Shown here piece by piece: positions 8,922 through 18,649 of a stretch of DNA of 32,000 bases. Positions within the stretch are counted from its first letter, which is position 1, and each line of letters starts with the position of its first letter. The stretch spans positions 210,001 through 242,000 of the forward strand of contig NC_006055.1 in the NCBI RefSeq assembly GCF_000008305.1, written 5' to 3'. The position numbers and the translations under genes were made by a program. This stretch comes from Mesoplasma florum L1 (GTDB lineage Bacteria > Bacillota_I > Bacilli_A > Mycoplasmatales > Mycoplasmataceae). The notes under the pieces are model-generated. The model was not told the DNA's origin, ran no database searches, and was given only the letters and a program-made list of their open reading frames with translations.

Positions 8922-9254
8922 ATGGCTAAAATAGATCAAAAATCAAATAAAGTAATCTTTACTAATGCTGAGTATACTAAAGCTTGAGAAAACTGCCCAA
9001 TTATACAAAATAGGGATAGAAAAGACTTTAGACTTTGCTATATTTGTAAATATCCAATGGAATTTAAAATAAATGAAAATATGAGTAATGATGAAACTGC
9101 TTGAGTAATTGATTTAATAAATATTAAAAAACCAGTTCTTGAAATTGACAACTATATTGGCGTTCATGCTAATTGTGTTCAAAACAGAACTAAAAAGAAT
9201 GCAACTAAACTAATCAAAAGAATTAAAATGGTTGGTTGAATGGCACCTGAATAA
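8922..9254 (+). CDS. Hypothetical 110-aa Cys/His protein (possible degenerate HNH/zinc-knuckle fold)
   Basis: The ATG lies 9 nt after the rplT stop with no SD. Three in-frame TGA codons; stop TAA at 9252-9254, followed by a terminator. Sequence includes ...DFRLCYICKYPMEF...AWVIDLINIK...EIDNYIGVHANCVQNRTKK..., giving CxxC plus HxxC. Confidence 0.5.
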
Positions 9255-9261
9255 TATAATT

Positions 9262-9284
9262 AGATGCTTAGGCATCTTTTTTTA
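9262..9284 (+). terminator. Rho-independent terminator ending the infC operon
   Basis: AGATGC, loop TTAG, GCATCT (9262-9277), followed by TTTTTTT. Confidence 0.7.
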
Positions 9285-9291
9285 TATTTTT

Positions 9292-9324
9292 ATATAAAAA
9301 AAAATAAACCGTGAAGTTTATTTT
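9292..9324 (-). terminator. Rho-independent terminator of trpS
   Basis: AAAATAAAC (9301-9309), loop CGTGAA, GTTTATTTT (9316-9324). On the minus strand it is followed by a T-run (complement of the A-run 9296-9304). It overlaps the trpS stop codon. Confidence 0.65.
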
Positions 9325-10328
9325 CTATATCAATTAATACCTAATTTATTTTGTACTTTATTTACTTTTTTAATAGCAACTTTTTTAGCTTTTAATGAAC
9401 CTAGTTCAAGCACTTCTTTTATATAATCACCTTTTATTATTTCATTGTATTTTTCCTGAATTGGAGTTATTACTTCTAACAATGCTTCTGTAACATCGTC
9501 TTTTAAGTCTTTATAATTTTTACCATCTCATTTTTTTTGGCATTCTTCTATTGAAACGTTTTTGATTATTGAATAAATATTCATTAAATTTGAAACACCT
9601 GGTTTATTAATTGGGTCATATTTTATTAAATTTTCACTATCAGTAACTGCTGATTTAATTTTATTAGCAATTTCAGCTGGTGAATCAAGCATTTTAATAA
9701 CAGCTTTAGGATTTTCACTAGACTTACTCATTTTTTTGGTTGGGTCTTGCAAGTCCATAATTTTAATATTACCTTTTGTTAAAATAGGTTCTGGTACAAC
9801 GTGCATTTCACCGTACTTATTGTTCATTCTTGTTGCTATATCTCTAGCTAACTCTAAGTGTTGTTTTTGATCAACACCAACAGGAACAAATTTTGGATCA
9901 TAAAGTAATATATCAGCAGCCATTAAACAAGGATAAGTAAATAAACCTGCTGGAATAGAAACATTGTCACCATTACTTTCTTTAGCTGATTTATCTTTGA
10001 ATTGTGTCATTCTTGATAATTCACCCATTGTTGATTGAGTTGTAAGAATTCAACCTAATTGAGAATGTTCAACAACATCAGATTGTAAGAAAAGAGTCAT
10101 CTTTTCAGGGTCTAATCCACAAGCAATGTACAATGCTGTCATTTCCTTTGTTTTAATTTTTAACTGATTTGGATCTTTTGGTATTGTTATTGCATGTAAA
10201 TTTGCAACAAAAACAAATAAATCATATTCATTTTGATACTCAATTAAATTTTTAACAACACCTAAATAGTTTCCTAAACTCATTGAATCACTTGGTGTTA
10301 TCCCAGTTATCATTCTTTCTTTTTGCAT
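9318..10328 (-). CDS. trpS: Tryptophan--tRNA ligase (336 aa)
   Basis: Minus ORFs 10050-10370 and 9528-10028 and the tail down to TAA (complement of 9318-9320) share one frame, joined by TGA. The start is taken at MQKERMITGITPS (ATG complement at 10326-10328) with SD GAGGAAG. It has a class I HIGH-variant region (SLGNYLG) and an exact KMSKS. Confidence 0.95.
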
Positions 10329-10356
10329 TCTTATCTTCCTCACTTTTACATATAAT

Positions 10357-10365
10357 ATTATATCA
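10357..10365 (-). promoter_or_regulatory. Extended -10 element for trpS
   Basis: The minus strand reads TGATATAAT, about 30 nt upstream of the trpS ATG, implying a very short leader. Confidence 0.45.
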
Positions 10366-10385
10366 AACATATATAACCTAATAAT

Positions 10386-10394
10386 TGATATAAT
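10386..10394 (+). promoter_or_regulatory. Extended -10 element for nadK
   Basis: TGATATAAT, 27 nt upstream of the nadK ATG. It mirrors the trpS element on the other strand. Confidence 0.45.
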
Positions 10395-10420
10395 TATTTT
10401 ACATTAACTTGAGGTGCAAA

Positions 10421-11200
10421 ATGAAATATAGTATTGTAAAAAATGATTATAATGAATCAAAAAAAATGTCTGATGAGCTTTCTGATTTATTAGTAAGTAA
10501 AAAATGAATTGAAGATAACAAAAACCCTAACTGTATTTTTGTTATTGGTGGAGATGGAACATTTTTAAAAGCAGCAGAAATATTTAACAATATTTTGGAT
10601 GATGTTATTTTCGTTCCAATTAAATCTGGTGGAATTGGTTTTTATACAAATCACAATAGAATTTCTGACATTCAAGAAATATTAAATAATATTGAAAAAC
10701 AAAAACCAATTGAAATTTCAGTTTTAGAAGCAAATGATTATAAAGTTATAAATGAAATTAAAATAATAAATAATCTCAGACCATTGGAAGCCGACGTAAT
10801 GATTGATGGAGAATTATTAGAAACATTTAAAGGAACAGGATTAGTATTTTCTACTTCAGGAGGAAGTACAGGTTTTGCAAAATCTCATAATGGAGCTGTA
10901 ATAATTGATGAAAATAATATATTCCAAATGTTAGAAATTGCACCAGTATCAAACAATAACTTTAGAACATTAAGCGCACCAGTTATATTTTCAAGAAAAC
11001 ATAAAGTAGAAGTAATTATTAAAAAGCCAAATGATGTTGAAATAATTGTAGATAGTAAGAAATGCAAACTACCAGAAAACAATTTAATCAAAATTCAAAT
11101 GGGTGAAAAAAATATCAAATTAATCTCAAAAAATAGTGAAAAATTAACTAAGACTAAAATATTGAATTCTATTTTCACTACAAACAAGTCTTATAACTAG
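10421..11200 (+). CDS. nadK: NAD kinase (259 aa)
   Basis: ATG at 10421 with SD GAGGTG, in frame with ORF 10595-11200 through one TGA. Contains the CIFVIGGDGTFLKAA (GGDGT) motif. Confidence 0.85.
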
Positions 11201-11257
11201 TTCTTTAATGTTTTTACAATATTATTACTATATAATATTAAATTAACAAGGAGTTAA

Positions 11258-11827
11258 ATGAACGTAATATCAGGTAAGTATAAAGGGTTAAAATTAAATA
11301 CATTAGAAGGTATGAATACAAGACCTACTCTAACAAGAATTAAAGAAGATGCATTCAACATTATTGATAACTATTTTATCTTTGAAGGTAAAAAAAGTTT
11401 AGATATTTTTGGTGGAAGTGGTGCTTTAACTATAGAGGGTTTAAGTAGAGGTATATCTTTTGGAATTGTTAATGATTATTCAAGAGATGCGATAAAAGTT
11501 ATTAAATCTAATTTAGCTAAAACTAAATCAACAAACTGAGAAATACATAATAAAGATTATTTAGAACTTCTTGATTTTTTATGTTTTAAACACGAAAAAT
11601 TTGACTTGGTATATATGGATCCTCCATTTGCCAAAATTGAATCATATGCACAAGTGTTTACAAAATTACTTGAATTAAATTTATTAAATAACTGAGCAGT
11701 TATTATGATAGAGTCAGAAATGCCTTTAAATGAAGAAGTTATTTCGCAATTTAAACTATTAAAATACAAAGATTACAATAAAAAACATCTATACATTATA
11801 AGATTGGAGAACAAAGATGAAGAATAA
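11258..11827 (+). CDS. rsmD: 16S rRNA (guanine966-N2)-methyltransferase RsmD-like (189 aa)
   Basis: ORF 11258-11539 continues through two TGA codons to TAA at 11825-11827. It has the SAM motif DIFGGSGAL and the catalytic VYMDPPFA (DPPF). SD AAGGAG is upstream. It overlaps gmk by 11 nt. Confidence 0.8.
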
Positions 11828-12710
11828 AGGAAAAGTAATTATTATATCAGGACCAAGTGGTGTAGGAAAAGGGAGTGTTAATGGTGAACTACTTACTAAC
11901 AAAGATTTAAAATTAGAATATTCAGTTTCTATGACAACAAGAGCACCTCGTGAAGGTGAAGTTAATGGTGTTAATTACTTTTTTGTTTCAAAAGAAGAAT
12001 TTGCTAATGCAATAGTAAACAATGAGTTAATTGAATATGCAAATTTTGTAGGTAACTCATATGGAACACCTAGAAAATATGTAGAAGAAAAACTTAATGA
12101 AGGTAAAAACGTTATTTTAGAAATTGAAGTGGATGGTGCCACTCAAGTTTTAAGAAATGAAGAAAATGTTTTATCTATATTTTTAATGCCACCAACATTA
12201 AATGAATTAGAATCACGAATTAAAGGAAGAGCAACAGAGTCTGATGACAAAATTAAAGCTCGTTTAGATAAAGCTTTATTAGAAATACCTTTAAAACATA
12301 ATTATGATTATGTTGTTGAAAATGATTCTGTTGAAAATGCAGTTTCTAAAATTACTGATATTTTAATTAGAGAAAAATGTACTGAATCTAATGAAGAATC
12401 TAAATTTAAAGAATTAGTTAAAATCGTTGAAAACATTGTTGATCAAAAATATACTTATTTTATAAATAATTGAGAAGCAAACGTTAAATTGTTAGCACAT
12501 AACAAAGAAGCTAAAAAAGAAGCAAACGATTTTGATGCTAGAGGAGAATTGATTAAAATTTTATCTTCTGAAGTTTATAGAAAAACTCTAGCACATGGAG
12601 ATTTTTCAAAAATTAATGATGTAGAGTATGTAGATTTTAAAATTCAAAAATTAATGTTCAAAATTAACTTTTTCAGTATAAAACAAAGAAGTGATTTTAG
12701 TGGAGACTAA
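11817..12710 (+). CDS. gmk: Guanylate kinase with a ~105-aa C-terminal extension (297 aa)
   Basis: P-loop IIISGPSGVGKGS, TTRAPREGEVNGVNYFFVS and ANFVGNSYGT. ORF 11817-12473 is joined in frame by a TGA to ORF 12489-12710. The Gmk fold ends near residue 190. Confidence 0.9.
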
Positions 12711-13968
12711 TAATTCAAGAAAAATAGCATTTGAAATTTTGAAAAAAGTATTTAAAAATAAATCTTTTTCAAACATTCTTTTGAATGATGTTTCAAAAAT
12801 GCCAATTTCTGACAAGTTTAAGAACTTAATTTTTGCAATAGTTCATGGAACTATAACAAATCAAATTTTACTTGACCATGTTTCAAGAAAATTGATTGAT
12901 GTTAAAAAAACTAATATTGATATTCAAATACTTTTATGAATGAGTATTTATCAATTACGTTTTTTAAAAACTATCCCTCAATATGCAGTTGTTAATGAAT
13001 CGGTTATGATTGCAAAGTCTGTTAATCATAAATTTTCCGGTTTATTGAATGCTTGTTTGAAAAAAGTTATTAAAAATGAGGAAGAACTTTTTGATTTTTC
13101 TTTTAAAAGTGAAAATCAAAAAATATGTATTGAAAATTCTTTTCCAAAAAATTTATTTAATTTAATAGAAAAAGGATATGGAAAAGATATTGCTAAAAAA
13201 GTAGCTATTGATTCAAACCAAAAACCTGTTATAAGTTTTAGAGTAAACACTTTAAAGATTTCAGAAAATGATTTTTTTGAAAAATATAAAGATGAATATG
13301 AATTAGAAAAAACAGAAATAAAAAATTGCTTGATCTCAAAAAAAGCAATTGTAAAAAGTGACGCTTATACAAGTGGTCAAATAACCATTCAAGACCCAGC
13401 ATCAATTTTAGTAGGAAATGTCTTAAATCCAACTAAAGGTTCAAAAGTTTTAGACATGTGTAGCGCACCGGGTGGTAAACTTACTCATTTAAGTATGATA
13501 ATGGAAAACACAGGACAAGTAACAGGATTTGAAATAAGTGAAAACAAGATAAAATTAATTGAAGAAAATATTAAAAGATTAGATTGTAAAAATATTTCAT
13601 TAAAGTGTGGAGATGCAACTTTAATTAATGAAAAAGAAAATTTTGATTTTATCTTATTAGATGCACCTTGTTCTGGATTTGGTGTTTTAAAAAGAAAACC
13701 TGAAATTAAAATTAATAATATTGAAATAAATAATATAAATAACATTGTAAATATTCAAGAAAAGTTATTAGATACAGCATATTATAATTTAAAACAACAA
13801 GGTGTTATGGTTTATTCTACTTGTACTATAAATCCTGCTGAAAATCAAAATCAAATTAAAAAGTTTATTGAAAAATATAAAGATATAAAAATTATTAGCG
13901 AAAACCAATTGTTTGGTTATGAAATGAATACTGATGGTTTTTACATCTGTAAAATGATTAAAGAATAG
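12691..13968 (+). CDS. rsmB: 16S rRNA (cytosine967-C5)-methyltransferase RsmB/Sun (about 425 aa)
   Basis: It has a NusB-like N-terminus (SRKIAFEILKKVFKNKSFSNILL) and MTase motifs CSAPGGKLTH, LLDAPCSGFGVLKRKPE and VYSTCT. ORFs 12691-12939 and 12940-13968 are joined by a TGA. The start is uncertain: GTG at 12691 or GTG at 12700, both overlapping the gmk 3' end. Confidence 0.85.
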
Positions 13969-14016
13969 AAGGATTGCCCTTTTATTTTTTTGTTGTTTAA
14001 GATTAAAATAAGTATT

Positions 14017-14025
14017 TGTTATAAA
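14017..14025 (+). promoter_or_regulatory. Extended -10-like element upstream of the 233-aa ORF
   Basis: TGTTATAAA, 25 nt upstream of ATG 14050. Confidence 0.4.
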
Positions 14026-14049
14026 ATATATATAAAAGGAGGAAGTAAC

Positions 14050-14751
14050 ATGGACAAACAATTATCAAGAAGCGAACTTCATAAAGATCAAGTTAAAGAA
14101 ATAAATAATAAGTTTGCTGAAAATAGAGATTTTCTGACCATAAATTCTTTTGTTACTTCTTCATTAGAAACTTTAAAAAAAATGGATTCAGAATTTTTTT
14201 CAAGAGTTGAAAAAGTTTTGAATCAAGAAAATGATAATGTCAAATTTCACTTGGAACATGACCCAGAAATTAAACATTTTAATTATGAAATAATTAGTCA
14301 ACTAAATGATACTCTTGAAGAATTGAAAAAAATTCAAAATTATGAATCAAGTAGTAATAACAATGAAAAAAGTGAAATATTATTTGAGGAAAAAGAATTT
14401 TACAAAAAGGAATTAGAAGATTTATTACATTCTTTAAATGAAAAGAATAGAAAATATTTAGATAGAATGAATAATAGTGAGGCTTACAAAACAAATTACG
14501 CTGGTGAAAAAAATGAAACACTAGCAAGAAGTTTTTTAAGTTATAATGAAAAAATTGCAATTAATAAAGAAATTAAAAGATTACCATTTGATCAGTTAAC
14601 ACTCGAAATAAAAGCAAAGCAAAGAGAAAAAATGCATAACTTAAGTCAAAGTAAAAAAAGATTTAAAATTAATACAAAAATATTTACAATTTTCTTTGCT
14701 AGTTTTGTAGTTATTGGATTAATTGGAATAGTTATTATTTTTATAATTTAG
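14050..14751 (+). CDS. Hypothetical coiled-coil protein with a C-terminal transmembrane anchor (233 aa)
   Basis: The start is chosen at ATG 14050 because the strong SD AAAGGAGG lies 8 nt upstream; the track ORF begins earlier, at 13990. The body is N/E/K-rich and helical, and the last ~23 residues are hydrophobic (IFTIFFASFVVIGLIGIVIIFII). I recognise no family. Confidence 0.6.
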   Translation: MDKQLSRSELHKDQVKEINNKFAENRDFLTINSFVTSSLETLKKMDSEFFSRVEKVLNQENDNVKFHLEHDPEIKHFNYEIISQLNDTLEELKKIQNYESSSNNNEKSEILFEEKEFYKKELEDLLHSLNEKNRKYLDRMNNSEAYKTNYAGEKNETLARSFLSYNEKIAINKEIKRLPFDQLTLEIKAKQREKMHNLSQSKKRFKINTKIFTIFFASFVVIGLIGIVIIFII

Positions 14752-14762
14752 AAGGGGTTAAT

Positions 14763-15422
14763 ATGAAAAGAAAAATTGTTATAGCCGTTGATGGAACTGC
14801 TGGTAGTGGAAAAACAGCTACGTTTAATACAGTTGCTAAAAAAATCGGTTATGAATTTATTGATACAGGCTTAATGTATAGAGCGTTTACTTTATTATGT
14901 ATAGAATCAGAAATTGATTTTAATAATAAAGAAGAGATTATTGAGTCATTGAAAAAATTTGATTTTTCAGTTAAAAATAACAAACCCCATTTAAATGGAA
15001 AAGAAGTTGAAAAAAGAATTCAAGAAAATGACATTGTTAAGTTTATTAACTATGTAACTCCAATCCCTGAAGTTAGAAAATTCATGGTAGAGGCTCAAAG
15101 AGCAATGGTAAAAGGTGGAGGTTATATCGAAATTGGAAGAGATATAACAACTGTTGTTTTACCTAATGCTGACTTAAAAATATTTTTAGATTCAAGTGTA
15201 GAAGCAAGAGCTGAAAGAAGATTTAAGCAAAATGAAAGATTAGGAATTAAAAATAATAATCTTAATGAAATAAAAAATTCTATAATTAACAGAGATGAAC
15301 AGGACTTTAAAAATGGATTAAGAAAAGCAGAAGATGCTTGATTAATTGATAATTCAAATATTCCAATCCAAGATGTTGTTAATATGGTTATTGATAAAAT
15401 AAAAGAATTGGAAGGTAATTAA
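14763..15422 (+). CDS. cmk: Cytidylate kinase (219 aa)
   Basis: P-loop [13 protein letters not shown] and IDTGLMYRA. It extends through one TGA to TAA at 15420-15422. Confidence 0.9.
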
Positions 15423-15424
15423 TT

Positions 15425-16732
15425 ATGAAAAAAGGTATAGTCGCTATAGTAGGTAGACCTAATGTTGGTAAATCATCTTTATTTAATAGAATAATTAGAG
15501 AAAAAAAATCTATTGTTGAAGATACACCTGGTGTAACAAGAGATAGAATTTATGGAACAGCAGAATGATTAACAAGAGAATTCATAGTTATTGATACTGG
15601 TGGTATAACTCTTGAGGATCAACCGTTTGCAAAAGAAATTAAAGTGCAGGCAGAAATAGCAATGGAAGAAGCTGATGTTATTGTATTTTTATTAAATCAT
15701 CAAGAAGGTTTATCTGATGAAGATAAAATGATAGCTAAAATTCTTTATAAGACAAAAAAACCAATTGTTCTAGCAGTAAACAAATATGATAAAAAAACTT
15801 CTGACTTTGATCAATATGAATATATGAGTTTAGGATTTGGAGAACCTATTTTAATTAGTGCAACTCACGGTATTGGAACTGGGGATTTATTAGATGACAT
15901 AATTCATCAAATGCCTTCTCATGAAGAAATTAATAAAGACAATAGAACTAGAGTATCAATTATTGGTAGACCTAATGTTGGTAAATCGTCTCTTGTTAAT
16001 TCACTAATTGGTGAGGAAAGAATGATTGTAAGTGATATCCCAGGAACAACACTTGATGCTGTAGATTCAGTTGTTAAAGTTAACAACATTGAATATACAT
16101 TAATAGATACAGCAGGAATACGGAAGAAATCAAAGATTTTTCAAAATGTTGAAAAATATAGTTATTTAAGATCTTTGACAACAATTAATGGTAGTGATGT
16201 AGTTTTACTTATGTTAGATGCATCTGTACCAATAAGCGATTTAGATACAAATATTGGTGGTTTAGCTTTTGAAGAAAAAAAACCTATCATAATAATTGCT
16301 AATAAATGAGATTTAGTAGAAAACAAAGAAAAAGAAATATTAAAAAAAGAAGATGAAATAAGAGCTTACTTTAAATATTTAGCTTATGCTAAAATTCTGT
16401 TTGTTTCTGCACATGATAAAACAAGAATTACTAAAATATTTACAGCAGTTGAAGATATTAGAACTGCACTTGATAAAAAAATTAAAACTTCTGTTTTCAA
16501 TGAAGTTTTAAATAAAGCGCAATTAATAAATCCAGCACCAAATTTCAATGGTGGAAGACTTAAAATTTATTACGGAGCACAAGTTGAAGCTTATCTTCCA
16601 ACATTTGTTCTTTTTGTGAACAATCCAGATTATGTTCACTTTTCATATAAAAGGTTTTTAGAGAATCAAATAAGACTTCAATTTGGTTTTGAAGGTGTAC
16701 CAATGTCAATTATTTTCAGGGAAAGGAAATAA
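15425..16732 (+). CDS. der: Ribosome-associated GTPase Der/EngA (435 aa)
   Basis: Two tandem GTPase domains, each with [10 protein letters not shown] (near 15461 and 15967), plus DTGG and DTAG, NKYD and NKWD, and a KH-like C-terminus. The ATG lies 2 nt after the cmk stop. Three fragments are joined by TGA codons. Confidence 0.95.
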
Positions 16733-16737
16733 GCACT

Positions 16738-17742
16738 ATGAGTAAAAAAAATATAACAATTATAGGAACTGGAGCTTACGGAACAGCATTAGCGAATGTA
16801 TTAGCAGATAATGATAACAATGTTATTATGTATGGAATTGTTGAACAACAAGTTGATGATATTAATATTTATCACCAAAACTCAGTTTTCTTTGACAATA
16901 AAAAAATAAACAAAACAATTAGAGCAACTAATTCTATGGCAGCGGCTTTAGAAAATACAGATATATTAATTTTAGGAGTTCCTACAGCAGCTATTAAGCA
17001 CGTGGTTAATGACATTATTAAATATGCTAAAAAACCAATGGATATAATCAATACTGCAAAAGGTTTAGATGAAGAAAATCTAGGATTACTTTCTGATAAA
17101 ATAAAAAAATATTTTGAAGGTTCAAATGTAATATCAACTTATTCAGCTTTATATGGTCCTTCAATTGCAATTGAAGTAGTTGATCGTCAACCTACAGCTA
17201 TTATGATAGCTTCAGAAACAATTGAAAAAGCTAAAGAATTATGTAATGTATTTTCTAATGAATATTTCTACATGTATCCAACAACAGATATTGCAGGATG
17301 TGAGATTTCAGCTGCATTAAAAAATGCCATTGCTATTGGTGGTGGAATTCTTAAGGCATATAATGCTGGAGATAATGCTCATGCAACATTATTAACACTA
17401 GGTTTAAATGAAATGTATGAATTTGGAAAACACTTTGGTGCTAAACTTGAAACATTCTTAAACTTTGCTGGATTAGGTGATTTAATACTTACTGCATCAA
17501 GTAAAAAATCAAGAAATTTCAGATTAGGTGAAAGAATTGTAGAACTAAATGATGCTAAAAAAGCTTTAGAATCATTCAATTTAACTGTTGAAGGTGTGGA
17601 AACAGCCAGAATAGCCCATGAAATAGGGGTTAAATACCAAATTAGCATGAATTTTTTTGAAATAATATATAATATTTTATATAATAATGTTAAGCCTATT
17701 TCACTTTTAAATAATGTCTTTAGAGACGTGAAATTAGTTTAA
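16738..17742 (+). CDS. gpsA: NAD(P)H-dependent glycerol-3-phosphate dehydrogenase (334 aa)
   Basis: An intact ORF with the Rossmann motif ITIIGTGAYGTALA, plus GCEISAALKN and GLGDLILT motifs. The der-gpsA adjacency supports the call. Confidence 0.9.
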   Translation: MSKKNITIIGTGAYGTALANVLADNDNNVIMYGIVEQQVDDINIYHQNSVFFDNKKINKTIRATNSMAAALENTDILILGVPTAAIKHVVNDIIKYAKKPMDIINTAKGLDEENLGLLSDKIKKYFEGSNVISTYSALYGPSIAIEVVDRQPTAIMIASETIEKAKELCNVFSNEYFYMYPTTDIAGCEISAALKNAIAIGGGILKAYNAGDNAHATLLTLGLNEMYEFGKHFGAKLETFLNFAGLGDLILTASSKKSRNFRLGERIVELNDAKKALESFNLTVEGVETARIAHEIGVKYQISMNFFEIIYNILYNNVKPISLLNNVFRDVKLV

Positions 17743-17762
17743 AAAATTAAAGGAGAAATTAT

Positions 17763-18035
17763 ATGACAAAAAAAGACTTAATTAACGAAATTATTGCTAA
17801 TGAAAACATCTCAAAAGTTGAATGTGAAGCAGTAGTTAATTCATTATTCGATTTAATTATTGAAGAATTATCATCAGGAAACGAAGTTTCAATCGCAGGT
17901 TTTGGTAAATTTGCAATTAGTGAAAGAGCAGCAAGAGAAGGAATCAACCCATCAACAGGTGATAAAATTTCAATCGCAGCTTCTAAATCAGCTAAATTCA
18001 AAGCAGCTAAACAATTAAAAGAAAAATTAAACTAA
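17763..18035 (+). CDS. hup: DNA-binding protein HU (90 aa)
   Basis: MTKKDLINEI...VSIAGFGKFAISERAAREGINPSTGDKISIAASK, the HU/IHF signature. SD AAAGGAG is upstream. Confidence 0.92.
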   Translation: MTKKDLINEIIANENISKVECEAVVNSLFDLIIEELSSGNEVSIAGFGKFAISERAAREGINPSTGDKISIAASKSAKFKAAKQLKEKLN

Positions 18036-18065
18036 AAGTAAGCATATGCTTACTTTTTTTTATTT
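18035..18065 (+). terminator. Rho-independent terminator after hup
   Basis: The palindrome AAAAGTAAGCAT/ATGCTTACTTTT is followed by an extended T-run. Confidence 0.8.
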
Positions 18066-18109
18066 TTAAATTAAAATAAATAACATATGACAAAAAAAGG
18101 AGCGTAGCC

Positions 18110-18649
18110 ATGCTTATTGAATTATTAGCAAAAGGTTTAATTTCAAAACACAAATTATTATTAGAAAACTATAAGAAAATTTCAATGAATGAAAATCAAG
18201 TTATGATAGTTTTACTAACAATGCAATTTAGTGATGAAAATAAAAAAATGATTACACCCTTAAAATTATCTAAGTTTATGAACATATCAATTGATACAAT
18301 TGAAGTTGAGTTACAAGATTTGGTTGACAAAAGACTGGTTAAAATTAAACCAAAAGAAATAGATTTTAGTCAATTATTTTTAAAAATAGTTTTATTAATA
18401 GAAAATGAATCTTTGAAAAAAGGAGAAACATATTTCATTCAAACAATTGAAAAAGAAATTGGTTGAAAATTTACTATACCTCAAATTGAAGAAATAAAAG
18501 ATCTTTTACAAAACTCTATATCAAGACAACAAGTATTAGACATACTATATAAACATCAAATAAGCGATTATGATACATTCCTTAAGTTAATTGGTAAATA
18601 TTCAAACAAAATAGAAAAATCATTAAAGTTTAACTGATTAGAAAATTAA
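18110..18649 (+). CDS. dnaD: DnaD-domain replication initiation/remodelling protein (179 aa)
   Basis: The N-terminus is winged-helix-like (LLLENYKKISMNENQVMIVLLTMQF...ITPLKLSKFM) and the C-terminus ends ...KFNWLEN, both typical of the DnaD family. ORF 18110-18466 is extended through two TGA codons to TAA at 18647-18649. SD AAGGAG is upstream. Confidence 0.6.

Noticed and set aside
10329-10420. I looked for a T-box riboswitch upstream of trpS.
   Set aside because: The spacer is only 92 nt and is occupied by two divergent promoters. There is no specifier-loop/terminator architecture and no conserved T-box sequence.
12489-12710. A track ORF with a TTG start that could be read as an independent 73-aa gene, possibly a small rpoZ-like protein.
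   Set aside because: It is in the same frame as gmk and separated from it only by a TGA plus five sense codons. No SD precedes the TTG. Under code 4 it is simply the Gmk C-terminal extension, discussed as a finding.
13969-13992. A possible terminator after rsmB (AAGG-ATTGC-CCTT followed by a T-run).
   Set aside because: A 4-bp stem is too weak to call. It may allow partial termination, but I cannot support it as a feature.
13238-14560. Minus-strand ORFs 13238-13432, 13485-13745, 13789-14061 and 14294-14560.
   Set aside because: They are antisense to rsmB and to the 233-aa ORF. Their F/L/I/K-rich translations are typical of AT-rich antisense frames, and they lack SDs.
17759-18001. An 80-aa minus-strand ORF that exactly mirrors hup.
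   Set aside because: The plus-strand product is an unmistakable HU protein with an SD and a terminator. The antisense ORF has no signals and is a mirror artefact.
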